A program made the translations under genes and the position numbers. Of a DNA stretch of 64,000 nt, positions 48,452 to 64,000 are shown in pieces. Every line of letters starts with the position of its first letter. Positions within the stretch are counted from its first letter, which is position 1. Source of the DNA: the human T2T-CHM13v2.0 reference genome, Homo sapiens; assembly GCF_009914755.1 (NCBI RefSeq), contig NC_060932.1; one strand, written 5' to 3'. Under the pieces are notes generated by a model. The model searched no databases. It had not been told where the DNA came from and was given only the letters and a program-made list of their open reading frames with translations.

Positions 48452-48985
48452 ACAGTGGTCCCCCTTATCCTCAGGGGACACTATCCAAGACTCCCAGGAG
48501 GGATGCCTGGTACTGTCATGGATAATACCAAACTCTATATATACTATGTTTTTTCCTGCATATACATACCTATGATAAAGTTTAATTTATAAATTAGGCA
48601 CAGTAAGAGATGAACAACAATAACTAATAAGAAAATAGAACAAGTATAACAATATGCCAGCATCACTACTCTTGCACTTTAGGGCCATTATTAAGTAAAA
48701 CTGGGGCCTTGAACACAAGTGTTGGGATACCAGGATGGTGATAACTGAGATCACTACTAAGTGACTGACGGGTGGATGATGCAGACAGCACGAAGAAACT
48801 GGACAAAGAGATGATTCATGTTCCGGGCCAGCAAGACATTTCATCATACTACTTAGAATGGCATGCAATTTAAAACTTATGAATTGTTTATTTCTGAAAT
48901 TTTTTCACTTAATATTTTCAGACCATGCTTGACTGCAGGTAACTGAAACCACAGAAAGCAAGACCAAGAATAAGGGGGGCCTACT
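48452..48985. mobile_element. MER44 (Tigger7-derived) DNA transposon
   Basis: Inverted termini cagtggtcccccttatcc and gaataaggggggcctact. Confidence 0.75.
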
Positions 48986-49465
48986 CTGTTCTGTGGGGAG
49001 GAACAATACCACCATTTTACAGATGAGTAAATTGAGGTTCAGAGAGGTTATGATGTTCAAGATGACCCAGCGAGTAAGTGGCAGGAGTTAGAGCAAACCC
49101 AGGTCTGGACACTACATCAAGCCCTTCTTCCCTTGCCCAAGCCACTGAATTCTTACCAGGTAGGCAGCTACCCACCCCAAGGCTTTCTCTGTGTCCCCAA
49201 TTCTTCATCAAACCAAACCTACAGACCATACGAGAAAGCATGGTGTGAAGAATGAAACGCTGCCTTCTTTCCTGAATTGTACTTGATGGTAGAGCCCAGT
49301 AAGGGCTGTTGGCACAGGGGAACAATATCGAAAAGAAGGGATGGCTGTGTAAGGATAAACAGGAGTCACAGCAATAAGTACCAATCCAAGACATGTCGTT
49401 CACCATCAGAGTAACTGGATCCTCAGACACAGAGATGCAGATGTCTTACAGCAAAGGTAATGTAA

Positions 49466-52381
<2,916 letters not shown>

Positions 52382-53520
52382 GAACATAATTATACTTGGA
52401 TTCATGTATAGTACGGAATGAACTCAAAGCTATATTCTAGCCATAAAAATACAATGGTGAACATTAAACATTTAATAAGTGATATTTTGATTTGCCCTCT
52501 TAGAATTTAGAAGAGCTTTAGGGTCTTGATCTCTAAAAGTCACTTAAGGAGGCATGGGCTAAGTTTCTTTCCCTCTTCTACGCCCTCTGGTAAGCCAGGG
52601 TAACAAAATCCACCCATTGACCTTTTTCTACACCCAAAGTACCACAGTAGGTTTTATTAACATTCCACTTGAAAAGCTCATTAAAAGTAATAACTTATCC
52701 ACCATCTCTCTCTCTCCTGAGTTTATAAAAGCTACCCAGTGTAGCAGCTTAGAGTCACGCTAAATAAAGGCCACCTGTAAACAAGTGTTGTTAAATTTCT
52801 TTAGCTACATCCTCTATTAATCCAAACCCACTACTCAATCTTTTGGCAGCAAATCTAATGTTTTTCTTCCTGAAAGTGTGGATGGTACCAACTGCCTTAC
52901 AGAGTTGTTACGAAGCTCCAATGACATAACGCACTTAATTAATACGATGCCAGGCCCACCAAAGGGCTTAATGCTGACATCGTGCCCGGAACAATTCCAG
53001 TTTCTGGGGATGCAGCAGTGAATGAATAAATACCCACTTTCATGGAGAAATCATTCCAGTAGGGAGAGAGTAAACAAATATACACAACACACACACATAC
53101 TTACATTGGCAGATGGTAGAAATGCTACGGAGGAAAAAGAACAAGGACATTGGGATTTGGGGTTTAGCCTGAGTGAGATGGAAAGTCTGGGAGGGGGTGG
53201 AGCAGGGCAGGGCTGTGACCCACCACCCTGCCTGCTGCCTGAGAATAGACTGTGAGATGTTCTCAGGGAACTCACTGAAAGAAGCTTCTGAGCTTTCTTC
53301 CCAGAATTGTGGAGCCAAGCCTGGAAAAGATCAGGTCTCCGAAGATGGCGGTGTGGTGAGTGTGAACACCTGGGGCAGCTGGTGACCTGGGTGTGTATGT
53401 TGGCGGCAGCACCGGCTGACCATTCCATGACTTGGCCGAAGCTTCATCACACGAGGCAGGAGAAGGGAACTGAGGCCAAGCTCGAAATTTACTTTATTAG
53501 AGGCTGGGGGTAGGAGTAGG

Positions 53521-53990
53521 TAGGGCCAACTACATAATTTTCAGGGTCTACCTAGTGCAAAATGAAAATGTTGTTCAAAAATTAAAAATTTTGGGTAATG
53601 GTCACAAAAAAATAGAATGAAGAAGACCTAGTATTTGCTAGCACAACAGGATGACTATAGTAAAAAACATTAATTGTACATTTAAAAATAACTAAAAGAG
53701 TATAATTGGAGTGTTTGTAACGTAAAGGATAAATGCTTGAGGAAATAGATACCTTATTTACCCTGATGGGATTATTACACACTGCATGCCTGCATGAAAA
53801 TATCTCATGTAACCCATAAATATTATATATATACCTACTATGTACCAATGAAAATTTAATTTTTTAAAATAAAAACTAAAAATAAAATGAAGAATTTCAA
53901 GATGGTAACCGCGATCATTACAGGAGCATGGGTTCTCTGAGCCCAGAGCCCAACGCAACTGTGCAGGCCACATGCCCACCCAGCTGGAGC
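53521..53990. mobile_element. MER45A-like hAT MITE split by an L1MA 3' end (about 53600-53880)
   Basis: MER45A halves (ctacataatt...gtgcaaaatgaaaatg / gaatttcaagatgg...actgtgcaggccacatgccc) flank an L1MA-type 3' UTR. Confidence 0.65.
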
Positions 53991-54539
53991 CAATGGCAGG
54001 CAGGTTGCTTGTTGGCTCAGGGGCAAGAAGGCTATGCTAGAGTGAGATTTAAGGATCACGTGTGACTTTAAGTTATCAGGGATATCCTTTCTAGGCTCAT
54101 GATGACAGTGTGTCAGCTGCAAATTCAGAGATGGATTGTTACAATGGAGATAGAATTCCTTTTCTCTCTCTAAACTCCTCTACTTTTTACATTTTATTGT
54201 TATCGTGGTAAAATATATACAACGTAACTTGTCATTTTAACTGTTCACAAAATTCAGAGTCATTATATACATTCACAATGTTGGATAATCATCACTGCTA
54301 TTTAGAGCTCAAACTTTTTTTTATCATCCCCCAACAAAAACTTGTACCCATCAAACAAGAACAACTTCTTCTCCACCCCCCACAGCCCCTGGTAATCTCT
54401 GTTCTACTTTCTGTCTCTATGAATGTGCCTGTTTTAGGTGTGGAGGTAGAATTACTAACTGCCACATAATTTGTTTAGTGGCTCCAAGCCAACATGGCCT
54501 ATGATCTACGGTGCTGTCTGAGCTCTTGGTGACCCTCAC

Positions 54540-54609
54540 CTGCATGTAGAGCAAATCTACCGCCACCCTGCAGTCCATCAGCACGGAGTCGAGGGATGGA
54601 GCCATATAC
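54540..54609 (-). CDS. SNX31: SNX31 coding exon, 70 nt, (W)YMAPSLDSVLMDCRVAVDLLYMQ
   Basis: ttgcag|G acceptor, CAG|gtgagg donor; overlaps ORF-track entry 54417..54605. Confidence 0.95.
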
Positions 54610-57604
54610 CTGCAAAATTCAGGAGTGTGAAATTCATTCCTGTGACATGGCCCATGGGCACACCTGGCAAGTGCTTTGGAAAGTGGTGGCCCTCTACCCT
54701 ATGAACCAGGGCCCCCTTTTCCAACAAAGCCACACCTCCACTTGCCCAGCTTTCACTCTGCCCCTCCACCTCTTTCGTTTCCTAATTTCTTTACACCGTA
54801 AGCTCTTGCCTGGAGGGCTCTAAGAGTAAAGAGGCACAAAAATAAAGCTTTAGGGGAATGGTCTGCATCCCTGTTCACATTCAGCCTCACTCTTGGCCAC
54901 CAAGATGCGGATTCCCTTTCTCCACCGCACAATACCTGGCATAGTCAACTGCCCCACACAGACCTACCCCCATATTCACCACCCTGCAGCAGGGCCACCC
55001 TCATCTCTTGCCTGAGCTGCTCTGGGAGCCTCCTTTCCAGGCTTTCTGTCTCAGCCATGTGCCCTTAATCTGATGCTCCACATTCTAACCAGAGTGGTCT
55101 TTCCTGTGAAACTTTTCAGACTCTCATTGTTCCTGGAGTTAGATATTTATTCTACTCACTTTCAAGGCCCTTCCGGGGACCACCCCCACTTTCATTTCCA
55201 GTTCCATCTCTCACCAACCCCACCACCAACGCTACATTCCAACCATGTTTTCTCTCCTCTCTCCCTGCCTGGAAGACCAAGGCCCTCACCAGTCTCCTCC
55301 CCTGACTGATTGGCCTTTCTTTGCAAGCCTTATGCAGTGCCCCCTCCTCTGGTCCCTACTCCCCAAGGCTGTATTAGCCGCCTGTCCACTGTGCTTCCTC
55401 TGCACCCTGAGTTTATTCCAATTGCCACTCTGATTAAGTTTTCTTGACACCATCTGTGAAGAACCCCAAGGCCAGGGGCCTATCCAGAGTTGCCCCTCTG
55501 AATCTTGACAGAGTGATTTGCAAATAGCAGGGGCTCCGTGTCTGCCTGTCAGATCCAGAATCACGAGGAACTGAAATTAATGACTGTAGAAGCACAGTAG
55601 CATGTTAAGAAGGGACTGAAACTGTCAGGAAAGGGTACCTATGGCTGATCTCTACCAACCAGAAGGCAGAGGCAAGCAGAGTTGCTATGCTCAGAATAGG
55701 GTGAATAGACCAATGGGGTTGGCTTAGACCAGGAAAGGGATAAATATGGTGCTTGAAGGTCAACTTCATTCTGGGGTGGGGAGAAGTAACTGAAGCATCC
55801 CTACTTACATTCCAGGTAACTATGCACCCACACATCCCAGAGGCCCCTGTGTGCAGAGAATAGACCCATCCCAGACTGGGGCTCCCACAGGCCAGCACAG
55901 GTACCCTGTGGCCTGGAGGAAGCCATATCATCATCATTGGAGAGATGCACCCAGGCATCTCTCCTTAAGGACAGAGAAGTCCTTAAGACGCCACTTAGGC
56001 CTCACTGAGGCTTCACCTGCTGGGAATCACTCAGCTTTTGGAGCTAGCCTTCCAGCTCCCATGCGGCAAGACTTCCCTCTGGAAAGAGGGCAAGGCACCT
56101 GCAGGAGCCTATGCCAGAATCTCCCCTCCAGAGACCTGATCCTCAGCTCTGACAATAGAAGTGGAACCTCCTTTCTTCCCAGTTCCCATCAACAGAGGCA
56201 ATCTGCCTAGATCTGAGATGCTGGCTAATAATTTGGGGTAGACGTTTTCTCTTGCACGTATCATCTAGAGTTTACGTATTTAAAAAAGACATAGGCAATG
56301 CCTAATTTCTAATTCAAGCTTCAAGGTAAGAAACAGAATCATCATCTCTCCTTTGATCTCAGGTTTTATGAAGCGCACATGAGTGAAAATCTAAGCCCCA
56401 AAGATTTTTTTTTTTTTTTGCTTCCTATAATCACCATCATCATCAATATAACAGTCACAAACATGACCAAAACTTACTGAGCATATGGGACTATTTTACA
56501 TAACTCTTGCAATAACCCTTATAATAATCCAATAAACTATTTTTATTATTCCCATTTTACAGATAAAGAAACTGAGGCTTAGAGAGCTTGAACGACTTGG
56601 CTAGGTTTACGCAGCTAAGACCTGAGCAAGGCGCAACTTAGATTCACATACTGTAATTCCAGGAACAACTGTGCTCAGCCATTCACTACAGCAAGCAGCT
56701 TCCAGAACAGCTGTTCTCTAAACCATTGGATGGAACTGAGTTCTTCTCCCCTTCTCAGGGTTTCACATCTCAAGATCTGGACCATTCCTCAGGATACTTC
56801 TGAACAGCAGTATATGAACTGCCTTGCTGGGAATATCCTTCCACAATTCAAAGCCACAAACTGGAGCTCTAGAGCAAGGCATCACAAGGTCAAGGGAATT
56901 CTTAGATTTCAAAATACCTTTCTTTAAAACTTCTGTACTCAGATAACAGAATAAATGGGCTGGGAGAGAGCGAGCCTAAGGAGCAATCCCCTGCAGCCAC
57001 GGTAATAAACACTGGGAGCTGCAGGTTATAGGACTGGGGGTGCATAAGGTCCTGCTGCTCAGCGCTATTTTCTATAATATTTTGTTCTCCACAGGCTCCT
57101 GTGTTACTGGAGGAAATGACAGTATTTTCTGCAGAGGGATACTTGTGTCCTACCTATCTAGGAATATGGATGGCCCTGTACACATCCTTTAGGCATGTGT
57201 AAGCCCAGTACTTAGAGTTCAAATTCACTGCAACCTGGCTGAATCCACCCTTCACCTTCAGGGAATACCACACTTCTACGGATAAATCAGATCTGGTTGT
57301 AATCATCAACAAAGTCCCTCCATTAATGCAGCCAGTGATGCATTGCAAAGCAAACCCAAGGCCAGCCATTTCCCACCATTACCTGCTTTAATCCATGTCC
57401 CCTGGCCCCGCCCCTGGTTTTCAAGTCTTACTTTCTTGTTCGCCTATCAGTAGAGATGCAGAAAGATGGCTACCCTCCTCATTTTCATACCCCACCCCGC
57501 CCTGAGTATTTACCTGAGACTACTGATAGTCACCCTCAACATCCTATTCTTTAGGACAAATATTCAGAAACCAGTTTATTTCACCCTCTCTCATTTTCAT
57601 TGCT

Positions 57605-57900
57605 TTTCTTTTCTTTTTGAGACAGGGTCTTGCACTGTTGCCCAGGTTGCAGTGCAGTGGTGTAATCTTGGCTCACTGCAGCCTCGATCTTCTGGGCTTA
57701 AGTGTGTCTCCTGCCTCAGCCTCCTGAATAGCTGGACCACAGATGCACAACACCACATCTGGCTAATTTTTTTGATTTTTAGTGGAGATGAGGTCTTGCT
57801 ATGTTGCCCAGGCTGATCTTGAACTCCTGGGCTCCAGCAATCATCTTGCCTTGGTCTCCCAAGGTACTGGGATTATAGGCATAAGCCACAGCACCTGGCC
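57605..57900 (-). mobile_element. AluJ element
   Basis: Reverse Alu consensus; TSD ttcattgcttttct. Confidence 0.88.
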
Positions 57901-58044
57901 TTCATTGCTTTTCTCAGAGCCTTCTCTAAGTTCTTGGTCTCCAGCTGTCAGGCTATGAGCAGGATGTGACGGGACTCTGGTAAGTCCTGATGGGCAATGG
58001 CGAAGTGTCGTCAAACGCCTCTGTCACTTTCAGAACCTACTTAC

Positions 58045-58132
58045 CACTTTCGGAGTCCAACCTTACAGTTTTCCACCTCAGAACTTCCAAGACTAACATA
58101 AGGGAGTTCAAAGTCAGCCAATTTTTTCACAA
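58045..58132 (-). CDS. SNX31: SNX31 coding exon, 88 nt, (V)VKKLADFELPYVSLGSSEVENCKVGLRK(W)
   Basis: ctag|TT acceptor, GTG|gtaagt donor; phases 1 and 2 fit the neighbouring exons; FELPYVS and LRKW are family motifs. Confidence 0.95.
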
Positions 58133-59039
58133 CTAGAGAAAGGAGAAAGCCGGTCTTACTGGTTGAAACAGCACAGACAGCTTATATATAGCAGCTTTCA
58201 AATGAGAAAATAAAACCTTATTATTGGAAATAATAAAATCACAGTAAGAATATCCTCTGTATTTACACGTAATTTTAACTTTCTGAAGTTCATTCAAAAA
58301 ATAAATATCATTTGATCCTCAAAAAAAAACAGCCCCTTGAGTGGGGGGTGTTTTACACTGTGATATAGATGAAAAAATAGATCCGGAGACATCCAGCGCC
58401 TTCGCAGCTCACCGCAGGGCCTAGCAGCCAACCCTCTACACAAGCCCCTTAACTTCCAACTCAAAACCACCTCCCCTGGCTTCTTGAGGACATTTATAAA
58501 CTACTTTAATATAACTGATACCATTTTACAAAAAAAAAAAACTTGTAATATCTAGAAACATACTGTAGAGAAAACAAAAGATAGGAGAATCAGACTGTCT
58601 TCTTACACTATCTCATTACACTTGAAAAAAGAATCTAATAACTCATTGATACCATCCACAAATATTCCTTAACAAGGAGAAATGATGCTGTGGTGGGGCG
58701 TCCTGACCCCTGGAGTCTAGCACTCCATTCACAGGAAACGGTGCAGGCGAGTGGTCAGTGGTCAGGCCGGGCCTGCGGTAAAGGGGAGGGGGTCAGGATT
58801 AGGGCTGGGGGTACACAAGTGCAGTTACTGGACCACCCAAGGTATGAGCGGTTTGCCCCCACTCTCCCCTAACAAGGACGCAACCTCCTATTCCCTAAAC
58901 CCTTAACCCAGTGACTGAGAACAGTGGTAGGGATCACAGCCCAGTGGGTGGCCAGCCCCTCAGCTGTGACTCCTATGAGCCCCTGCTCACACCTGTCCAC
59001 CCCATCTCCTAGCTGATTCATTTGTTCCTTCCTTCTTAC

Positions 59040-59130
59040 CAGAGAGCTTGCCCTCCTTGCCAAACCGAATGAGAAAGAGGCCGAAGTAGCCCAAGAGCTC
59101 TCGACACAGTCCAATTTTGTGTGACACCAC
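59040..59130 (-). CDS. SNX31: SNX31 coding exon, 91 nt, VVSHKIGLCRELLGYFGLFLIRFGKEGKLS(V)
   Basis: aaag|GTG acceptor, CTG|gtaaga donor; YFGLFL is typical of the SNX17/SNX27/SNX31 FERM F1 lobe. Confidence 0.95.
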
Positions 59131-60637
59131 CTTTAACCAGAAACAAGCAGAAAGGGAAAAAGTTAGGTGTGCCCACCATGCATCCTAACTGTGACATGCA
59201 GACTTGGAAATGGCCGGTACACATCAATAAAAAATGCTGTCATGGGTTAGTGAACACTCAAAGAAAGCTTTTTGGAATCAAAAAATGGTATCCATCTTAG
59301 AAAATTTTAAAACACAAAAAAATTAGAATAAAGAAAATAAAAATCAGCCCCACCACAATGGACAGAGGCTGGCCCCAAGTTGAGGTTGGTCATCCCATCT
59401 CAGATGTGGACTCACTCCCGGATTGTCTTGGTCTTTATTTTCCCCTGGAGGGCAGCAGCCATGTTCCATGAACATCTGTCCTTCTGTGATGTCTGTCCCT
59501 GGAACCTGCACACTAGTTTACCTTCCTGTGGGCTGCATTACCAGCTATTTGGAAAAGGATCACTCCCCGCCGCTTGGCTGGCATACAAACGTGCATGCGC
59601 TACTGCCCACCTTTGACACGCCAGGCCTGCTTCGCCTTGATGTTTCCTGCGATGGTCAACTGTAATTTACTAGGATGTTTGCAAAATGAAAACCTCAGAT
59701 GCCAGGCACAGGTTGCCTTCCTTCACATTCCTCTTTGACTTATATCAAACAGCTTTCATTTCAACGCCAGTGGCTTCATTTTTACCATCAGCCTACCAGG
59801 GTGTCACCTCACAGCATTGGACATCTACTCACGCTCCCTTAGCAGAAAATTCTACACGACCACAGGCTTCCTCCCTGCCATCTGCCCAGCCCAGCCCCTA
59901 TTTAACACTGGGCTCTCGAGTAATTTCTTTATACTCCTGGTCTTAACTCACTAAATCACCTCTGTACCACGCAAGGAGAGGCCTCCAAGCACTGCCCTCC
60001 AGAGCTGCTTTACCCACGACTCCCAGTTCTCTAGGTGGCAGTTGTACAAATACCAGGCTCACAGGGGGCCTTCTCTTGTCAGAGATACATAAATTACCCC
60101 CAGGAAGCAGTCTGATTAGGTGGCTGGTATGAGTGGGTGTTCTCAGCATAGCTTTGAAAATAAAGAGCAGCTGAGGAATAGTTTCACCACTTTCAAAGCA
60201 ATTCCCTTCCCCTTCTTTCTGTCTCTCTCTTTCCCCCATGTTTTGGGCTGCAAAACACCCAAAAGCCAAACACAGTGGGTAAGTGTGTGGTAGGTAACAG
60301 CATAGTAAAGACATCTTTCCCAGAGTAAACCTGACCCAGGTCCACTCAAGTTAGATTTCCTTCTTTTCTGTCTAATTCAGGGAAAACAACAAGCTTACAT
60401 GCCAAGGCAGACAGAGGAAAGGCATGGGGGCAAAAGGAGAATGAAGAAGCCTTTCGCATTCATAAAGACATAAATATAAACACCTTCTTTTGAGAGGAGT
60501 GAGCATCAGCAAAAAAATACGTAATAATATTTTTCCTCTTAGCAAATGTTAATGATGATTCAAAACACGAACGCCATCACTAGCACCACAGTAGTCCTAG
60601 ATTTTAGCTTGCTGCTGGCCCTTAAAGAGGCCATTGA

Positions 60638-60943
<306 letters not shown>

Positions 60944-61539
60944 AGACCATTGAAAAGTAAAAGGCAGGCTGTGGGTGAGGCAAACCTGGGGAAGCAAAGT
61001 GAGAATGGCAGCAAGTGTGCTGGAGAAGATGCAGAAGGCGATTTTTAATTATAAAACTTAAATTATGGTTTTATGCAAGCTAGAGAATTTCCCAGCTCCT
61101 GGAAGGAAATTCACACCTGTGGCTGACCAAGTGACCACTTCACCTGTTATGGAAACTACCACTTCTAGGGTAGAACCTCCAGTTAAACTTACCTGATCTG
61201 ATGATGTCAACGTCTTGGGTCTGAATTTCTCACAAGCCAACATGATTGGAAGAGAGGAAGCACATTTTTCTGACTGCAAATGTACTTCATCAAATGTATG
61301 CTATTAGTTTCAAGGGAAATGGACAAAACAGATGGTACCACAGAACCCTGGAGATACTGCCCTACTCAGTACGTATTCAGCACTCCCTCCAATATCAAGA
61401 TCAATACCAATACCAATAATGATAAATAAACACAACTGCCATTGTCTCGGGAACGTGAACTATTTCTATAATTATTTACTTAGACATTGTCTGTAAAGTA
61501 ACTTACCCAAATTCACACAGCCCTTACACAGCAACACTG

Positions 61540-62254
<715 letters not shown>

Positions 62255-63664
62255 TCATCCTAAACCCAGAAGATAGGAGACCCCAAACTATCACCACCAC
62301 CACTGGCTTCAGCTGCAGGCATGTCTAGTTTGGTCAGCAAGCCCAGTGTGTAAAAAAAGAAGTCAATGATGATGTCTTTGGGGAAGGCAGGTGCTCTCTC
62401 CTGTTCTATATCTGATCCTGCAGCTGTACCCCAGAGCTACCTGCCTGGCCCCAGACACATGCAGTCTGTGGCTCCCACTCTATCACTGCCTTCCTACTCC
62501 TCCTTCATTTATGAGTCTGTCTCCCACTTCTAGATCCTGAGCAATTGAGGTTTTTGTGTTTGGGGTACAAACTCCCTCAAGCATCAAGGGCTTTTGATAC
62601 TTTTTAGAAAGACTATGCTGGAAATCAATACAGAAGATTAGCAAGACTGGAAGCAGGGAGACTAGTTTAGGGGCAGCTGTAGAGATCTAGCTGGGAAACA
62701 ATGAGGGCTGGAGCTAAGGTCAAGATGTAGGATCGAGAGGAGGAAACGGAGAGACGATGAATATAAGAGAGACTGGAGATACAGGAATAGGTTAAGTCAA
62801 GGCAGGCCCGAAGAGCTAGCAGCCAAAATGGGAGTGCTTCCGTTTCTCAGCTCAGAAAGGGTCAGACACCATAACCCAAGCACAAGAACGTTCTGTCCTT
62901 TGAAAGGTCCTAGAAACTTTCTGACTCTTCTTCATGTTTATAACTTTGTCTTTTCTCTTGTATGTTTCTCTGGAGGATTAGAGCTAAAACCTTCCAGAGG
63001 AAAAGGGCCTGGGAGCTTGCCCCCAGGCAGCAGGATGTGAGTGTGAGAAGACAGTGTCCCCTCTGCAGCCCCACTCAGCAGATGGAAAAGGGGTCTGGGA
63101 GGCAGAGCTGCTGAAGAAGGATGAAGCCTTCTGGGTCTTGTCCTATTAGTCCTCAGACAGTGGACTACAACTCATGTCTGGGCCCTCTGCACCCAGAATT
63201 AGCCCTGATGGAGCACTGGTTTCAAGAATTTTCCCTGTGGGAGAATAGGAACCTTCAAGAACTCCCCTGTCACCTGCACACCTAGGTATGACCTGTTTCA
63301 GACTCTGCCAAGCCCCACTTTCCTTCCTGCTCCCAACGATGGGACATCCAGTAATAAAGCATTTTACATATTTCCAGGCCACATCCCTGGCTAAGTTCCA
63401 AGGAAGTGACAGCAGCCTTCCAGGAGATCTCTGGAAAATTGGTGCCCCCAGGGAGGGTGAAATCAAAGAGGCCCTGGAGGATTGGCTGTATCTTAGGTTC
63501 CTTGGTTGTTCTCCCAGCAAATGCCAGTACCTCTGCAGATAATCATCCACAGAGTAAAACAACAGGCCAGAAGCTCCTGGAAGGTAACCGTATCCCATTC
63601 TCTGCTTTCCAAACAGAACCATCCCTAGATTCAGTTCTGGAGCTGGAGTTTAAACAAAGCTTAC

Positions 63665-63775
63665 CTCTAGGACTCTTTCAGCAGTGTCTGATGTTATAAT
63701 TTCGATTCTAATACTCTGTTCATTGGGCAGAAATATGTCCAGATAAGCTTTCTTGGTGGCGATGTCAAATGTATT
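63665..63775 (-). CDS. SNX31: SNX31 coding exon (probably exon 5), 111 nt, [37 protein letters not shown], start of FERM F1
   Basis: Minus-strand acceptor ttatag and donor GAG|gtaagc; translation matches recalled SNX31 and splices in frame to the next exon. Upstream PX exons lie beyond the window. Confidence 0.95.
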
Positions 63776-63801
63776 CTATAAGCAAAAGAAAAGCAAAATA
63801 A

Positions 63802-64000
<199 letters not shown>

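Noticed and set aside
62628-62644. atacagaagattagca, similar to part of U6 snRNA
   Set aside because: Too short and gapped, flanks do not match U6, and it lies in L2-like sequence.
63146-63699. 158-aa and 97-aa ORFs beside the first SNX31 exon in the window
   Set aside because: Intronic or antisense, out of frame with SNX31, with no family resemblance.

Overview
Primate (human-like) genomic DNA, rich in Alu, L1, L2, MIR, LTR and DNA-transposon remnants. The main gene is SNX31 (sorting nexin 31, a PX-FERM protein) on the minus strand. Ten coding exons between 63775 and 19904 splice in frame with canonical GT/AG sites into the last 333 aa, ending ...VFGNIKEEDL*. A CpG-island promoter with a minus-strand non-coding first exon lies at about 5.2-5.95 kb and is most likely ANKRD46 (inferred from recalled gene order). 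Between the two genes is a decayed ERV-L internal fragment with RNase H, integrase and dUTPase-like remnants. The most unusual observations are: (1) a tailless, 3'-truncated retrocopy of vault RNA vtRNA2-1/nc886 with a 12-bp target-site duplication inside an SNX31 intron; (2) a competing splice donor on the penultimate SNX31 exon that would delete the Retriever-binding C-terminal motif without triggering NMD; (3) a candidate divergent spliced transcript carrying a 110-aa ORF. Most ORF-track entries are Alu/L1 read-through noise. Repeat family names come from recalled consensus sequences and repeat boundaries are approximate.
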